Positions 47,082 through 56,404 of a stretch of DNA of 64,000 nucleotides are shown here, in pieces. The notes below the pieces were generated by a model, which worked only from the letters and a program-made list of their open reading frames with translations, made no database searches and was not told the origin of the DNA. The position numbers and the translations under genes were made by a program. Origin of the DNA: Desulfobacterales bacterium (GTDB taxonomy: Bacteria; Desulfobacterota; Desulfobacteria; Desulfobacterales; UBA5852); assembly GCA_963674755.2 (NCBI GenBank), contig CAXXVS010000001.1:256001-320000 (forward strand), given 5' to 3'. The number at the start of each line of letters is the position of its first letter. The stretch's first letter is position 1.

Positions 47082-47525
47082 ATGAAAATCGACGATACGA
47101 CGATTGCCATTATCAAACATCTGCGCGACGGTCGCAAATCCTTCAAGCGCATCGCCGAGAATCTCAATCTGGCAGAAAATACGGTGCGTTCCCGAGTGCG
47201 TCAACTGGTGGATCAGGGGGTTCTGGAAATCGCCGGTTTGGTGGATCCCGAGTCCATCCCCAGCCACCAGCCGGTGATCATCGGCGTCAAGCTTAAAACC
47301 ACCGACATGTTCAAGAAGGGCGAAGAATTCAGCCACCTCAAGGGCGTTGTCTCCGTCAGCGTGGTCACCGGCCGCTACGATTTGATTCTGGTGGTGCTTT
47401 TCAAAGAAGGCTACGGTCTGGAGGAATTCTATACCGAAGAAGTCGTCCGGATCGAAGACGTGCAGTCTTTGGAAACCTTTGTGGTCTGCAAAGGGTACAA
47501 CCTCAAAGTCCCTTACATACTTTAG
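47082..47525 (+). CDS. Lrp/AsnC-family transcriptional regulator
   Basis: D..D..II..L.DGR.S...IA..L.L...TV..RV HTH; VTGRYD in the RAM domain. Confidence 0.93.
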   Translation: MKIDDTTIAIIKHLRDGRKSFKRIAENLNLAENTVRSRVRQLVDQGVLEIAGLVDPESIPSHQPVIIGVKLKTTDMFKKGEEFSHLKGVVSVSVVTGRYDLILVVLFKEGYGLEEFYTEEVVRIEDVQSLETFVVCKGYNLKVPYIL

Positions 47526-47543
47526 ACGTCATGCAGATGGAGT

Positions 47544-49979
47544 GTGCCTGTGGAAACTTATGAAAAGCTGGGTAGCTTTTACTTGGGGAAGACGGTTGCC
47601 ACGGATGGCCGGGGACAGCCGCCGGAGCTGGTGCTTTACGATTCCAAGGACCTGACCACGCATGCCGTGATCATCGGTATGACCGGCAGCGGCAAAACCG
47701 GCCTGGGGGTGGCCCTGCTGGAAGAGGCCCTGATCGACAAGATTCCGGTCATTGCCATCGATCCCAAGGGGGATCTCACGAATTTGGCCCTGACCTTTCC
47801 CGGTATGCAGGCCGAGGACCTCCAGCCCTGGGTCAATCCCCAGGAAGCTCTGGCCAAGGGCAAGACGGTGGCGGCCTACGCCGCGGACGAGGCCCGCAAG
47901 TGGACCGACGGTCTGGCGCAGTGGGGGCAGGATACGGAGCGCATCGCCCGGCTGAAAGCCGCCGCCGAACTGACCCTCTACACCCCCGGCAGCAGTGCGG
48001 GGACACCCGTCAGCCTGCTGCGGCAGTTCAACGCGCCACCGACGGCGGTTATCGACGATCCGGATTTGTTCAGCGAACGCATCGAAACCACCACCAGCAG
48101 CCTGATGGCCTTGCTGGACCTGGCGGCAGACCCGCTTTCCAGCCGGGAACATATCCTGGTGGCCAATATCTTCAGCCACATCTGGCGGGAAGGGCAGGGG
48201 CTGGATCTGGCCGGTTTGATCCAGGCCATTCAGAATCCGCCTTTCGCGCGGGTCGGCATCATGGATCTGGACAGCTTTTATCCCGCCAAAGATCGCTTCG
48301 CTCTGGCCATGCGCATCAACAACCTGCTGGCGGCGCCGGGGTTTGGCGCCTGGCTGGAAGGCACACCGCTCAGCATTCCCGCGTTGCTGCACACCCCGAC
48401 CGGCCAGCCGCGGGCTTCGGTATTCACCATCAGCCACCTTTCGGATGCCCAACGCATGTTTTTCGTGTCCATGCTGCTGAACGAATTGCTGGGATGGATG
48501 CGCACCCAACCGGGCACCACCAGCCTGAGAGCGATTCTCTATATGGACGAAGTTTTCGGGTATTTCCCGCCGGTTAGCAATCCGCCGTCCAAAACCCCAC
48601 TGCTGCGGCTTCTCAAACAGGCCCGGGCTTTCGGCCTGGGGGTGGTACTGGCCACCCAGAACCCGGTGGACCTGGACTATCGGGGGCTGTCCAACACCGG
48701 CACCTGGTTGATCGGGCGCCTGCAAACCGAGCGGGACCAGATGCGCGTCATGGACGGCCTGCAGGGCGGTGCCCTGGGAGGGCGAATGGATACCGGGCGC
48801 CTCAAGCCGCTATTGGCCGGGTTGGAGAGCCGCACCTTTTTGCTGCACAATGTGCATGAAGACGGGCCGGTGGTGTTCAAATCCCGCTGGGCTTTATCCT
48901 ACCTGCGGGGGCCGCTTACCCGGGAACAGATCAAACAATTGAATCCCCAAACCAAGGATGCCGGACTATCCTTCGTACCGGAACGGGCGACGGCCGTGGA
49001 TGCCGCCCAAGCGCCGGTAGCCCGGCCGGCCGCGCCAACCGTGCCGCCCGACATCCCGGTTTATTTCGTCAAAGGATCGGGGGCCGGCCGGAACGGCACC
49101 TATGTCCCGCACGTTTTGGGCCAGATGGCGATCTATTACAGCAGTGCCAAATATCAGGTGGACCTGGCGCGTTCGCTGGCCCTGGCAGCCCCTCTGGAGG
49201 ATGGCCCCGTCCCCCTCGATTGGGATGCCGCCGTGGCACTCAGCGCCGATGCCGACATGCTGGCAGAGGATCCCATGTCCGGTGTCGGTTTCGGGGATCT
49301 GCCCGGCGTCGCCCTCAAGCCGTCCGCCTATCGCAAATGGCAACACGATCTGGTGCGCTGGGCCAAGGCGAACCATCCCGTTACCTTGCTGCGTTGCAAG
49401 TCCCTGAAGGTGACCAGCACGCCGGAAGAGCGCGAGGGGGATTTTCGCAGCCGGCTGGCCCTGGCCCTGCACGAGCAGCGGGACCTGGCGGTGGAAAAGC
49501 TGAGGCGCAAATACGCCAACCGGTTTCAAACGCTGCAAAACAGGTTGATGACCGCGGAGCAGGCCATTGCCCGGGAAGCGGAACAGGCCAAGGCCCGTCA
49601 GATGGACACCGTCATTTCTTTTGGAACGGCTATTTTGGGTGCGTTTTTGGGCCGCAAGACCGTCAGTGCCCGGTCTACCTCCCGTGTGGGGACGGCCTTG
49701 AAATCGGCCGGACGCATGCAAAAAGAGAAAATGGATGTCGAGCGCGCCCGGGAACGGGCGGATGCCGTCCGGAAGCAATTGGGAGAGCTCGAGAGTCGCC
49801 TGCAGGACGACATCCAACGCCTGGAAATGCAGTTCGATCCCGAAAGTGAACCCCTGGAGGAGATCCGGATTGCGCCGAAACTCTCCGATATCACGGTGGA
49901 ACTCTTCGGACTGGCCTGGCTCCCCTATCGCCAGAGCGACCAGGGGCGGTTTCTGCCGGATTGGCGCGAAGCCGTTTAA
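47544..49979 (+). CDS. HerA/DUF87-like P-loop ATPase with C-terminal coiled coil
   Basis: H..IIGMTGSGKT Walker A, IDPKGD, LYMDE Walker B, LKQARAFG, LATQNP.D. Confidence 0.85.
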   Translation: MPVETYEKLGSFYLGKTVATDGRGQPPELVLYDSKDLTTHAVIIGMTGSGKTGLGVALLEEALIDKIPVIAIDPKGDLTNLALTFPGMQAEDLQPWVNPQEALAKGKTVAAYAADEARKWTDGLAQWGQDTERIARLKAAAELTLYTPGSSAGTPVSLLRQFNAPPTAVIDDPDLFSERIETTTSSLMALLDLAADPLSSREHILVANIFSHIWREGQGLDLAGLIQAIQNPPFARVGIMDLDSFYPAKDRFALAMRINNLLAAPGFGAWLEGTPLSIPALLHTPTGQPRASVFTISHLSDAQRMFFVSMLLNELLGWMRTQPGTTSLRAILYMDEVFGYFPPVSNPPSKTPLLRLLKQARAFGLGVVLATQNPVDLDYRGLSNTGTWLIGRLQTERDQMRVMDGLQGGALGGRMDTGRLKPLLAGLESRTFLLHNVHEDGPVVFKSRWALSYLRGPLTREQIKQLNPQTKDAGLSFVPERATAVDAAQAPVARPAAPTVPPDIPVYFVKGSGAGRNGTYVPHVLGQMAIYYSSAKYQVDLARSLALAAPLEDGPVPLDWDAAVALSADADMLAEDPMSGVGFGDLPGVALKPSAYRKWQHDLVRWAKANHPVTLLRCKSLKVTSTPEEREGDFRSRLALALHEQRDLAVEKLRRKYANRFQTLQNRLMTAEQAIAREAEQAKARQMDTVISFGTAILGAFLGRKTVSARSTSRVGTALKSAGRMQKEKMDVERARERADAVRKQLGELESRLQDDIQRLEMQFDPESEPLEEIRIAPKLSDITVELFGLAWLPYRQSDQGRFLPDWREAV

Positions 49980-50218
49980 GGCTTAGGTTGTAAAGACAAC
50001 CGCCGCCGATTGGCGCTGATTACCGGCAAGCGCCAAATCCAGGAATGCCGAACGTCAGTGCTACCCGTCCTGCAACAGGAAGCCTGACGCTTAACCCGTT
50101 GCGAAGCCCGTAGCGACGGCGCGGCCGCCGATTTGTAGACGGTCCCCGCGGTGTCGCTTGAGGTGACGGATCACGATCGCGCTACGCCACGGACGACATC
50201 TCCCGCGCAGGAGGTGCC

Positions 50219-52204
50219 ATGGAACAGGGACCGCTTTTCGAACCGTTCGTTATCGGCGACTGCCGAAGCCGGAACCGGATTGCCGCCCTGCCGTTGTTTA
50301 CGGGCTATGCCCGACCTGACGGGGGGGTGACCCCTCTGCTGCGCGAGCATTATTGGCGGTTGGCGTCTTCCGGGGCCGGTCTGGTGGTGGTAGCCAATGT
50401 GGCGGTCTCCGAGGACGGGCGCACGTCCCGGCGTTCGCTGCGCATCGACGATGATCGCTTTGTGCCCGGACTGACCCGCCTGGCGGCCACGATCCGGCAG
50501 CGCGGGGCCCTGGCCTGCATCCAGCTCAACCATGCCGGACGGTTTGCCACCACCGCGCGCCCCCTTCTGCCGGCGCCCTTTGCCGCTTCCCATTTGGATC
50601 ACGATATCGCGGCACTGAAATCCTTCATGCAGACCTTCCCTTTCAGCGACCGTTTCGGTCTGACGGCCCGCTTCATGAAGATGAGCGCCAAATGGCGCAC
50701 GGGCATGACGCCGGCCGATCGCGAGCGGGTGGTGGGCGATTTCGGCCGGGCCGCCGGGCGGGCCGCGGCAGCCGGCTTCGATATGATCGAACTGCATGGC
50801 GCCACGGGATATCTCCTGACCCAGTTTCTCTCGGCTTTCTCCAATCAGCCGCCCGGTCCCTGGTCGGGGGATTTCCAGCGGCGTGTCCTTTTTGTCCGGG
50901 ACGTGGTGCGGGCCGTGCAAGAGGCCCTTCCCAAGGGCTTCCCCATCGGATACCGGCTGCTCGTACACGAGTGGGTTCCCGAGGGCATCGACCTGGAAGA
51001 GGCCACGGCGCTGGCCCGCGTTCTGGAGGGATTGGATATCGCTTATCTATCCGTCAGCGCCGGGACCTATAACTCGATGTTCAACCCCGAGGCCGTCCAA
51101 GCGACCCGTCGCCCGGCCTATCTGCTGGCTGAGGGGCAACATTTGCGCAACGCCGTAAAAACGCCGCTGATCCTGGGCGGGCGGGTGTTCCGACCGGATA
51201 TCGCCCGCCGGGTTCTGGCGCGGGGCGCAGCGGACATGGTGGGGCTGGGCCGCCCCCTGCTGTCGGATCCCGGTTGGCTGGAAAAAGCCCGCACGGGTCG
51301 ACGCGTGACGGTCTGCATCGACTGCCGGCAGTGCCTCAAGCGGGTGATCCAGGAGAAAGGGCTGGCCTGCGCCCGCTGGCCGGAAATCGAGATTGAACGG
51401 GTGGACCTGGAATGCGTCCTGCATGTCCGGCTGAATGCCTGCCTGCTGTTTACTTCCGGGAAGACGCTCGATGTGCCGCCCGAGATGCTGCCGCTCAGCT
51501 TGACGGGGCCGGAGGGGGTGGAAGAACACAAGATCCGCCTGGTCTACTTTATTCCCGGCGATGACACGGGTGAGCCCTTTCGCAAGGCTTCCGAGCACCA
51601 CGCGGCCCGGGTCCGCCGTCACTGGCACGCTATCGGCCAGCGCGATTCCCTTCTGGAAGCGGTGTTCAAGGCGGCTGATCCGCCGTGGCACGATGAACTG
51701 CTGGCTAAAGCCCGCCAGGACGGCTTTGGCATGCTGGTGCTGGTGGACGGCCGTGACGTGCGCCGGGGCGAGATCCTGGCCGCCAAATGGCGTGAGGGGG
51801 TGTTCATGGCCCTGGCCCAAGGCGATCCGGCCAAGAAGGTTTTTGTGGCGGTCGATCTATCCCCCGCGACCTATATCCTGCTGCGTTTTGTGGCTTACGC
51901 GTTTTTAGGTCGGCCCGGTTTCCGCTTTCGCTTCGTGCACGTCCTGACCGGCTCTCCGCAAGCGGCCCGGGCGCGCTGGTCCAAAATGCTGCCCCTTTCG
52001 GGCTGGGATGCGGACATGCCCCTTGACGTGATGCCGCCCGGGCCGGGCGGGGTGGCCCAGATCCTCCTGGAGGCTGCCGCCGGTTGGGATTTTGTAGTGG
52101 TGGGCCGGCGTGGAATGTCGCGGATCAAATCGCTGCTGCTGGGCAGCGTTTCCCGCCGGATCCTGCGGGCGGCACCGGATGCCACGGTGGTGATTGTTTC
52201 CTGA
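50219..52204 (+). CDS. NADH:flavin oxidoreductase (OYE family, 4Fe-4S) fused to universal-stress-protein domain(s)
   Basis: IQLNHAGR, GFDMIELHGATGYL, GLGRPLLSDP, CIDCRQC...C. C-terminal VFVAVDLS and VVGRRG...LLGSVS. Confidence 0.85.
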   Translation: MEQGPLFEPFVIGDCRSRNRIAALPLFTGYARPDGGVTPLLREHYWRLASSGAGLVVVANVAVSEDGRTSRRSLRIDDDRFVPGLTRLAATIRQRGALACIQLNHAGRFATTARPLLPAPFAASHLDHDIAALKSFMQTFPFSDRFGLTARFMKMSAKWRTGMTPADRERVVGDFGRAAGRAAAAGFDMIELHGATGYLLTQFLSAFSNQPPGPWSGDFQRRVLFVRDVVRAVQEALPKGFPIGYRLLVHEWVPEGIDLEEATALARVLEGLDIAYLSVSAGTYNSMFNPEAVQATRRPAYLLAEGQHLRNAVKTPLILGGRVFRPDIARRVLARGAADMVGLGRPLLSDPGWLEKARTGRRVTVCIDCRQCLKRVIQEKGLACARWPEIEIERVDLECVLHVRLNACLLFTSGKTLDVPPEMLPLSLTGPEGVEEHKIRLVYFIPGDDTGEPFRKASEHHAARVRRHWHAIGQRDSLLEAVFKAADPPWHDELLAKARQDGFGMLVLVDGRDVRRGEILAAKWREGVFMALAQGDPAKKVFVAVDLSPATYILLRFVAYAFLGRPGFRFRFVHVLTGSPQAARARWSKMLPLSGWDADMPLDVMPPGPGGVAQILLEAAAGWDFVVVGRRGMSRIKSLLLGSVSRRILRAAPDATVVIVS

Positions 52205-52253
52205 TACCCGTGATTTCGCCGCATTGTTCAGGGATTTTTTCCATAAGCATTCT

Positions 52254-52452
52254 GTTACTTTTCTTGCGCGCGCAAGAAAAGTAACCAAAAGAAGGCCTCC
52301 TGTCACGCGCCCTTCGGGTTCGCCTGCGCGTCGGGGCTGTGGCCGGACGCGCCGAAACTCGCCCCGCCTCCGCCAAGGCTACGGCGGGACTCAGACAATC
52401 GCCGCGTCTTGATCGCCCACATCCCCGATGCTCGGCCGCGTGACAAAGGGGT
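52254..52452. repeat. composite palindromic (REP/MITE-like) element
   Basis: Perfect 32-bp palindrome GTTACTTTTCTTGCGC-GCGCAAGAAAAGTAAC. TGTCACGCG (52301-52309) pairs with CGCGTGACA (52437-52445). Inner stems present. Confidence 0.7.
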
Positions 52453-52510
52453 CCGCTATTTCGAGGATTGAAAACGCGCGAGAACGCCGCCAGGGGCCGA
52501 AAGATGCTAT

Positions 52511-53716
52511 TTATGGATGGACACACTGAACAGCCTCATCAAAGCAGGTGATTTGCTCCAGGCCGTCCTCACCGACGATGTGGGTGTTTTCGATGCCCAC
52601 CACGCCCTTGCCCGGAAAGATCAGCTTGGGCTCCAGGGCGATGGTCATGTCTTTTTCCAGGGGCATCTCCTGGCCTTTGGCCAGGAAAGGATATTCATCC
52701 AGCTCCAGCCCGACCCCGTGGCCGATGAAGCGGATGCGCTGCTGGTCCGCGCCCATGAACCACGCGGCGTAGCCCTGGTCCGCAGCCCATTGGACAGCAA
52801 AATCGTAGAGATCGCCGGCCGCGACCCCGGGCCGGGCCCGTTGCTTGAGGAGCCCTTGCAGGGTCAGCATGGCCTGGTGGGCTGTCATCAGGTCGTCGGG
52901 AAGGTCTCCCAACGCGAAGATGCGGGTGTGGTCGGCGATATAGCCCTGCCAGGCAAAGACATAGTCCAGCAGAATCGGCTGGTGGCGTTTGATCCGGGCG
53001 AATCCGGCCCCCTGGGCCACGGCCGCGCTGGCGCCCGCTCCACCGGTGGGCGAGGCCAGAAAGCTCGGTTCAGCCGCCGAGGGGCCTGCCATGAGGTGCC
53101 CGTAGAACATTTCGCCGCCCCAGATGCGCATGCGGGCCAGGCCCTGGTGGCCCCGCCGGCGGGCTTCGGCCTCCACCTGGCCGGCCAGTTCGAGTTCGGT
53201 CATACCCTCCCGGATGAGGTGACCGGCGGCTCCGGCCACCTCGTCGGCCCGCACGGCGGCCTGTCGCATGATGTGGTGCTCGTAGGGAGATTTGACCGCC
53301 CTGACCAACCGGATGAAATGGGATACGTCCTCTATGGCGACGCCTTCGAATAAATGCCGATAGTTCAGATACAAGGCGGCCGGGATGACGTCCATTTCCA
53401 GCCCCAACACCTTTCCCATGCGCAACCCGTGAGCCTTGAGCAGGTCGGGGATCTGGCGGGGGCTTTGCAGCGGAACGATTTGCGGGAGAGGCGATTCGGC
53501 TCGGGCCCGGGCGAAACTTTTACGGACCATCAGCAGGGGGGCGCCCTCGGCCGGAATGTAGAGATGCGCCTGTTGAATCGTGCCGGCGAAGTAAAAGAGA
53601 TCGCTGTTCTGCAGGATCAGGGCCCCGTCCATCTCCCGGGCGGCTAGATGCTGCTGAAAACGGCGGATGCGCTGTTCAAGTTCTTCCAGGGGGGTGCTCG
53701 GTGCTGTGGGATGCAT
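52511..53716 (-). CDS. Xaa-Pro peptidase (M24 family)
   Basis: Creatinase-like N domain; R.VKS..E, D..........D.TR, GHGVGLELDE, ALEP, GIEN metal ligands. Confidence 0.92.
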   Translation of the reverse strand: MHPTAPSTPLEELEQRIRRFQQHLAAREMDGALILQNSDLFYFAGTIQQAHLYIPAEGAPLLMVRKSFARARAESPLPQIVPLQSPRQIPDLLKAHGLRMGKVLGLEMDVIPAALYLNYRHLFEGVAIEDVSHFIRLVRAVKSPYEHHIMRQAAVRADEVAGAAGHLIREGMTELELAGQVEAEARRRGHQGLARMRIWGGEMFYGHLMAGPSAAEPSFLASPTGGAGASAAVAQGAGFARIKRHQPILLDYVFAWQGYIADHTRIFALGDLPDDLMTAHQAMLTLQGLLKQRARPGVAAGDLYDFAVQWAADQGYAAWFMGADQQRIRFIGHGVGLELDEYPFLAKGQEMPLEKDMTIALEPKLIFPGKGVVGIENTHIVGEDGLEQITCFDEAVQCVHP

Positions 53717-56102
53717 GCGCTGCCTCCTTATGGGTTGGGCCACGGGCGGCCCAGAAGGTTTCAAGATAGGATGCTACGGGGTGGCCGAACCGGGGTAGGA
53801 CCGGGCGCCATTCATTCGGGAAGAGATCCTGGTAGCGGCGGGTGGCAAAGCGGCTGTCCACCAGCAGGACCGATCCCCGGTCACGGGAGGTGCGGATCAC
53901 CCGGCCCACCGCCTGCAATACCCGGTTGAAGCCGGGGTAGCGGTAGGCGAAATCAAAGCCGGCCTGGAGCTTGGCTTCGAAATGATCCCGGATCAGGTCG
54001 CGCTCCAGGCAAATCCCCGGCAGCCCCACACCCACGATGGCCGCCCCGGAAAGCCGGCGCCCCACCAGATCGATGCCCTCCCCGAAAATGCCGCCCATCA
54101 CCACGAAGCCCACCAGGGTTCCGGGGTTGTCTCCTACAAAGTGCTCCAGAAAGGTTTCCCGGGCCTTTTCGTCCATATCGCGGGACTGCACGATGGTGGG
54201 GATTTCCGGGTAGGACGCCCGGAAGACTTCGTGCACCATGGTTAGATAGGCATAGGACGGAAAGAAGGCAAGGTAGTTGCCGCGTTCGCCCCTGACCAGG
54301 TGACCGATGGCCTCGGCCAGCCGCTGCTTGGTCTGCTCCCGGTCGCGGTAGTAGGTGGAGATGCGCCCTTCCACGATGAGGCAGAGATTTTCCGGTGGAA
54401 AGGGTGATGGCAGGCGCAGGAACACGGTTTGGTCGTCACCGCCGAACAATTCGTTGAAATAGGCAAAGGGGGTCAGCGTGGCCGAAAATAAGACCGCGCT
54501 CCGGCCGCGCTGGAGGGCTTCAGTCAGTTGATCGGCAGGATCCAGGCAGAAGAGCTTGACCTCCAGATCCTTGCCGTCGCTGATGGTGCAGGTGGTGTAG
54601 CTCGAATCGAAACGCTCCGCCACCCGCAGGAAGGCCGATACGTCGAAGAAGCGCTGGAGGAGATCCTCCTTCCAGGGGGCGGGTTTGTTTTTCACCAGCC
54701 ATTTTTCAGCCCGGCGGTGAAAGGACAGCAGGGGGGGCAGGAGGTCGTCCGGCAGCGTCGGGGTAGCGGCCTCCCCGCCAGCCGCCAGGCAGTCCCGTCG
54801 GGCCGCCACCATCCAGGAATTGATGCGGCCCAGGGCGCGGTAGAGGGGGCGGTGATTGTCCCGCAGGGCCTGCCGCAAGTCCAGAAAGGGCTGTTTGTGC
54901 AGCACGGCCGAAAACATCTCCCGGGACCGATCCACCAGGTTGTGGGCTTCATCCACCAGAAAAGTGTAGGCCTCGCCGTCATCGTTGAAAAAGCGGCGCA
55001 GGTAGACCCGGGGATCGAAGGCGTAATTATAGTCGCCGATAATGGCATCCATCCAGAGGGCCATGTCCAGGCTGAATTCGAAGGGGCAGACTGCAAAGGC
55101 TTCCGCCAGGCGGGTAATCGTGTCCCGCGTCAGGGCGTCCTCCTCGAAGGCTGCTTCCCGCGCCTGCTTCAGGCGGTCATAGTGGCCGTGGGCCCGCGGG
55201 CATTCTTCGGGGCTGCAGGCGGCGTCGGGGTGGGGGCAGATTTTTTCCTTGGCGGTCAGGGTCAGGCTTTTGAGCTGCAGGCTGTTTGCGCGCAGGAGGG
55301 CCAAGGCCCTTTCGGCGGCCTGCCGGCCGGTGGTCCGGGCGGTGAGGTAGAAGATTTTCGCGGTCAGCTCCTCTCCCAGGGCCTTGATGGCAGGGTAGAG
55401 GGCCGCCATGGTTTTGCCGATGCCGGTGGGGGCCTGGATCATGGCCCGCCCTTCACTTTGAATCGCGCGGTAGGCCGCAACGGCCATCTGGCGCTGCCCC
55501 GCCCGGAAATCCGGGAAGGGGAACGCCAGTTCCCGGACGGACTGGTTGCGCCGGCGGCGCCATTGTTCCAGGCCATTGGCCCAGCGGCCATAGTCATCGA
55601 GCAGGACCGCCATGAAGCGTTCGAGGGCGTCCATGGTGATCGTCTGGCGAAGCTCGCGCGTCTCTTCGGTGGTCAGGTGGTAATAGGTGAGCTGGACGTC
55701 CACTTCGGTCAAATCGTGCTGCCGGGCGTAGAGCCAGGCATAGGCCTTGACCTGCCCCCAGTGCAGGGGGTCGGGGTTTTCTTCGAGCTTATCCAAGTCG
55801 CGATGGGTGGACTTGATTTCATCCACCACGACCCGGTCGGCGTCGTAAAAAACGCCATCAATACGGCCGGTTATCGTCAGGATGAAATCGGCGGTTTCCA
55901 TTTCATGGTATACGGCCACTTCCGACTGGTAGCCGGCGGGGCGCGCACGCTGGATGCGCTGATGGGCCCGGATTCCCTCCAGAGAGCGTTGGGCGCCGGC
56001 GAAGGTCGACTCCAGGTCGCCGCTTTGCAAAACGAAGGCCACCAGCGTGCGAACGGCAACGGACAGGCGGGATTTCAAAAAAATCGCTTTCGATTTCAAC
56101 AT
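53676..56102 (-). CDS. Fe-S DinG/XPD-family DNA helicase with N-terminal PD-(D/E)XK nuclease domain
   Basis: GRIDG...DEIKS, Q motif FRAGQ, APTGIGKT, four Cys, DEAH, SATL, FPSY, QAVGRVIR. Confidence 0.9.
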   Translation of the reverse strand: MLKSKAIFLKSRLSVAVRTLVAFVLQSGDLESTFAGAQRSLEGIRAHQRIQRARPAGYQSEVAVYHEMETADFILTITGRIDGVFYDADRVVVDEIKSTHRDLDKLEENPDPLHWGQVKAYAWLYARQHDLTEVDVQLTYYHLTTEETRELRQTITMDALERFMAVLLDDYGRWANGLEQWRRRRNQSVRELAFPFPDFRAGQRQMAVAAYRAIQSEGRAMIQAPTGIGKTMAALYPAIKALGEELTAKIFYLTARTTGRQAAERALALLRANSLQLKSLTLTAKEKICPHPDAACSPEECPRAHGHYDRLKQAREAAFEEDALTRDTITRLAEAFAVCPFEFSLDMALWMDAIIGDYNYAFDPRVYLRRFFNDDGEAYTFLVDEAHNLVDRSREMFSAVLHKQPFLDLRQALRDNHRPLYRALGRINSWMVAARRDCLAAGGEAATPTLPDDLLPPLLSFHRRAEKWLVKNKPAPWKEDLLQRFFDVSAFLRVAERFDSSYTTCTISDGKDLEVKLFCLDPADQLTEALQRGRSAVLFSATLTPFAYFNELFGGDDQTVFLRLPSPFPPENLCLIVEGRISTYYRDREQTKQRLAEAIGHLVRGERGNYLAFFPSYAYLTMVHEVFRASYPEIPTIVQSRDMDEKARETFLEHFVGDNPGTLVGFVVMGGIFGEGIDLVGRRLSGAAIVGVGLPGICLERDLIRDHFEAKLQAGFDFAYRYPGFNRVLQAVGRVIRTSRDRGSVLLVDSRFATRRYQDLFPNEWRPVLPRFGHPVASYLETFWAARGPTHKEAAHASHSTEHPPGRT

Positions 56103-56404
56103 GGAAGGTTATCTGTGGATGGGCGGCATCGCCACCGCCAGACAGATCAAGCAGAGGTGAGGGTAAAGGATTCCGGCGCATGAAGTCAAGACTTTGAAGG
56201 TCGCGCCTGCATGTTGACGGCTGAACGGCGCCGGGCGGTCACGCCAGCGGTTCGGTTCTGAAAAGGGCGTTAATCGGCGCTTGATTCCAGACGGGTGACA
56301 GGATAAGGAAAGGGGGCACAGTGGTTTGGGATCTGCCCTTAATCAATCCTGTTTTTAGGGATCATGCCGGAACGGGCGCCATGCAAGGCGGCCCAGCGGA
56401 TGCT

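Noticed and set aside
47544..49979. HerA-based anti-phage system
   Set aside because: No adjacent nuclease, SIR2 or other defence genes.
55600..56102. Cas4/CRISPR system
   Set aside because: The nuclease domain lacks Cas4 Fe-S cysteines, and no cas genes or repeat-spacer array are visible in the window.
12811..56183. Long antisense or alternate-frame ORFs (e.g. 12811-14418, 16184-17788, 21538-23079, 24687-26069, 33585-35312, 45538-47016, 54528-56183)
   Set aside because: They shadow well-supported genes, have no motifs, and are expected from GC-rich codon bias.
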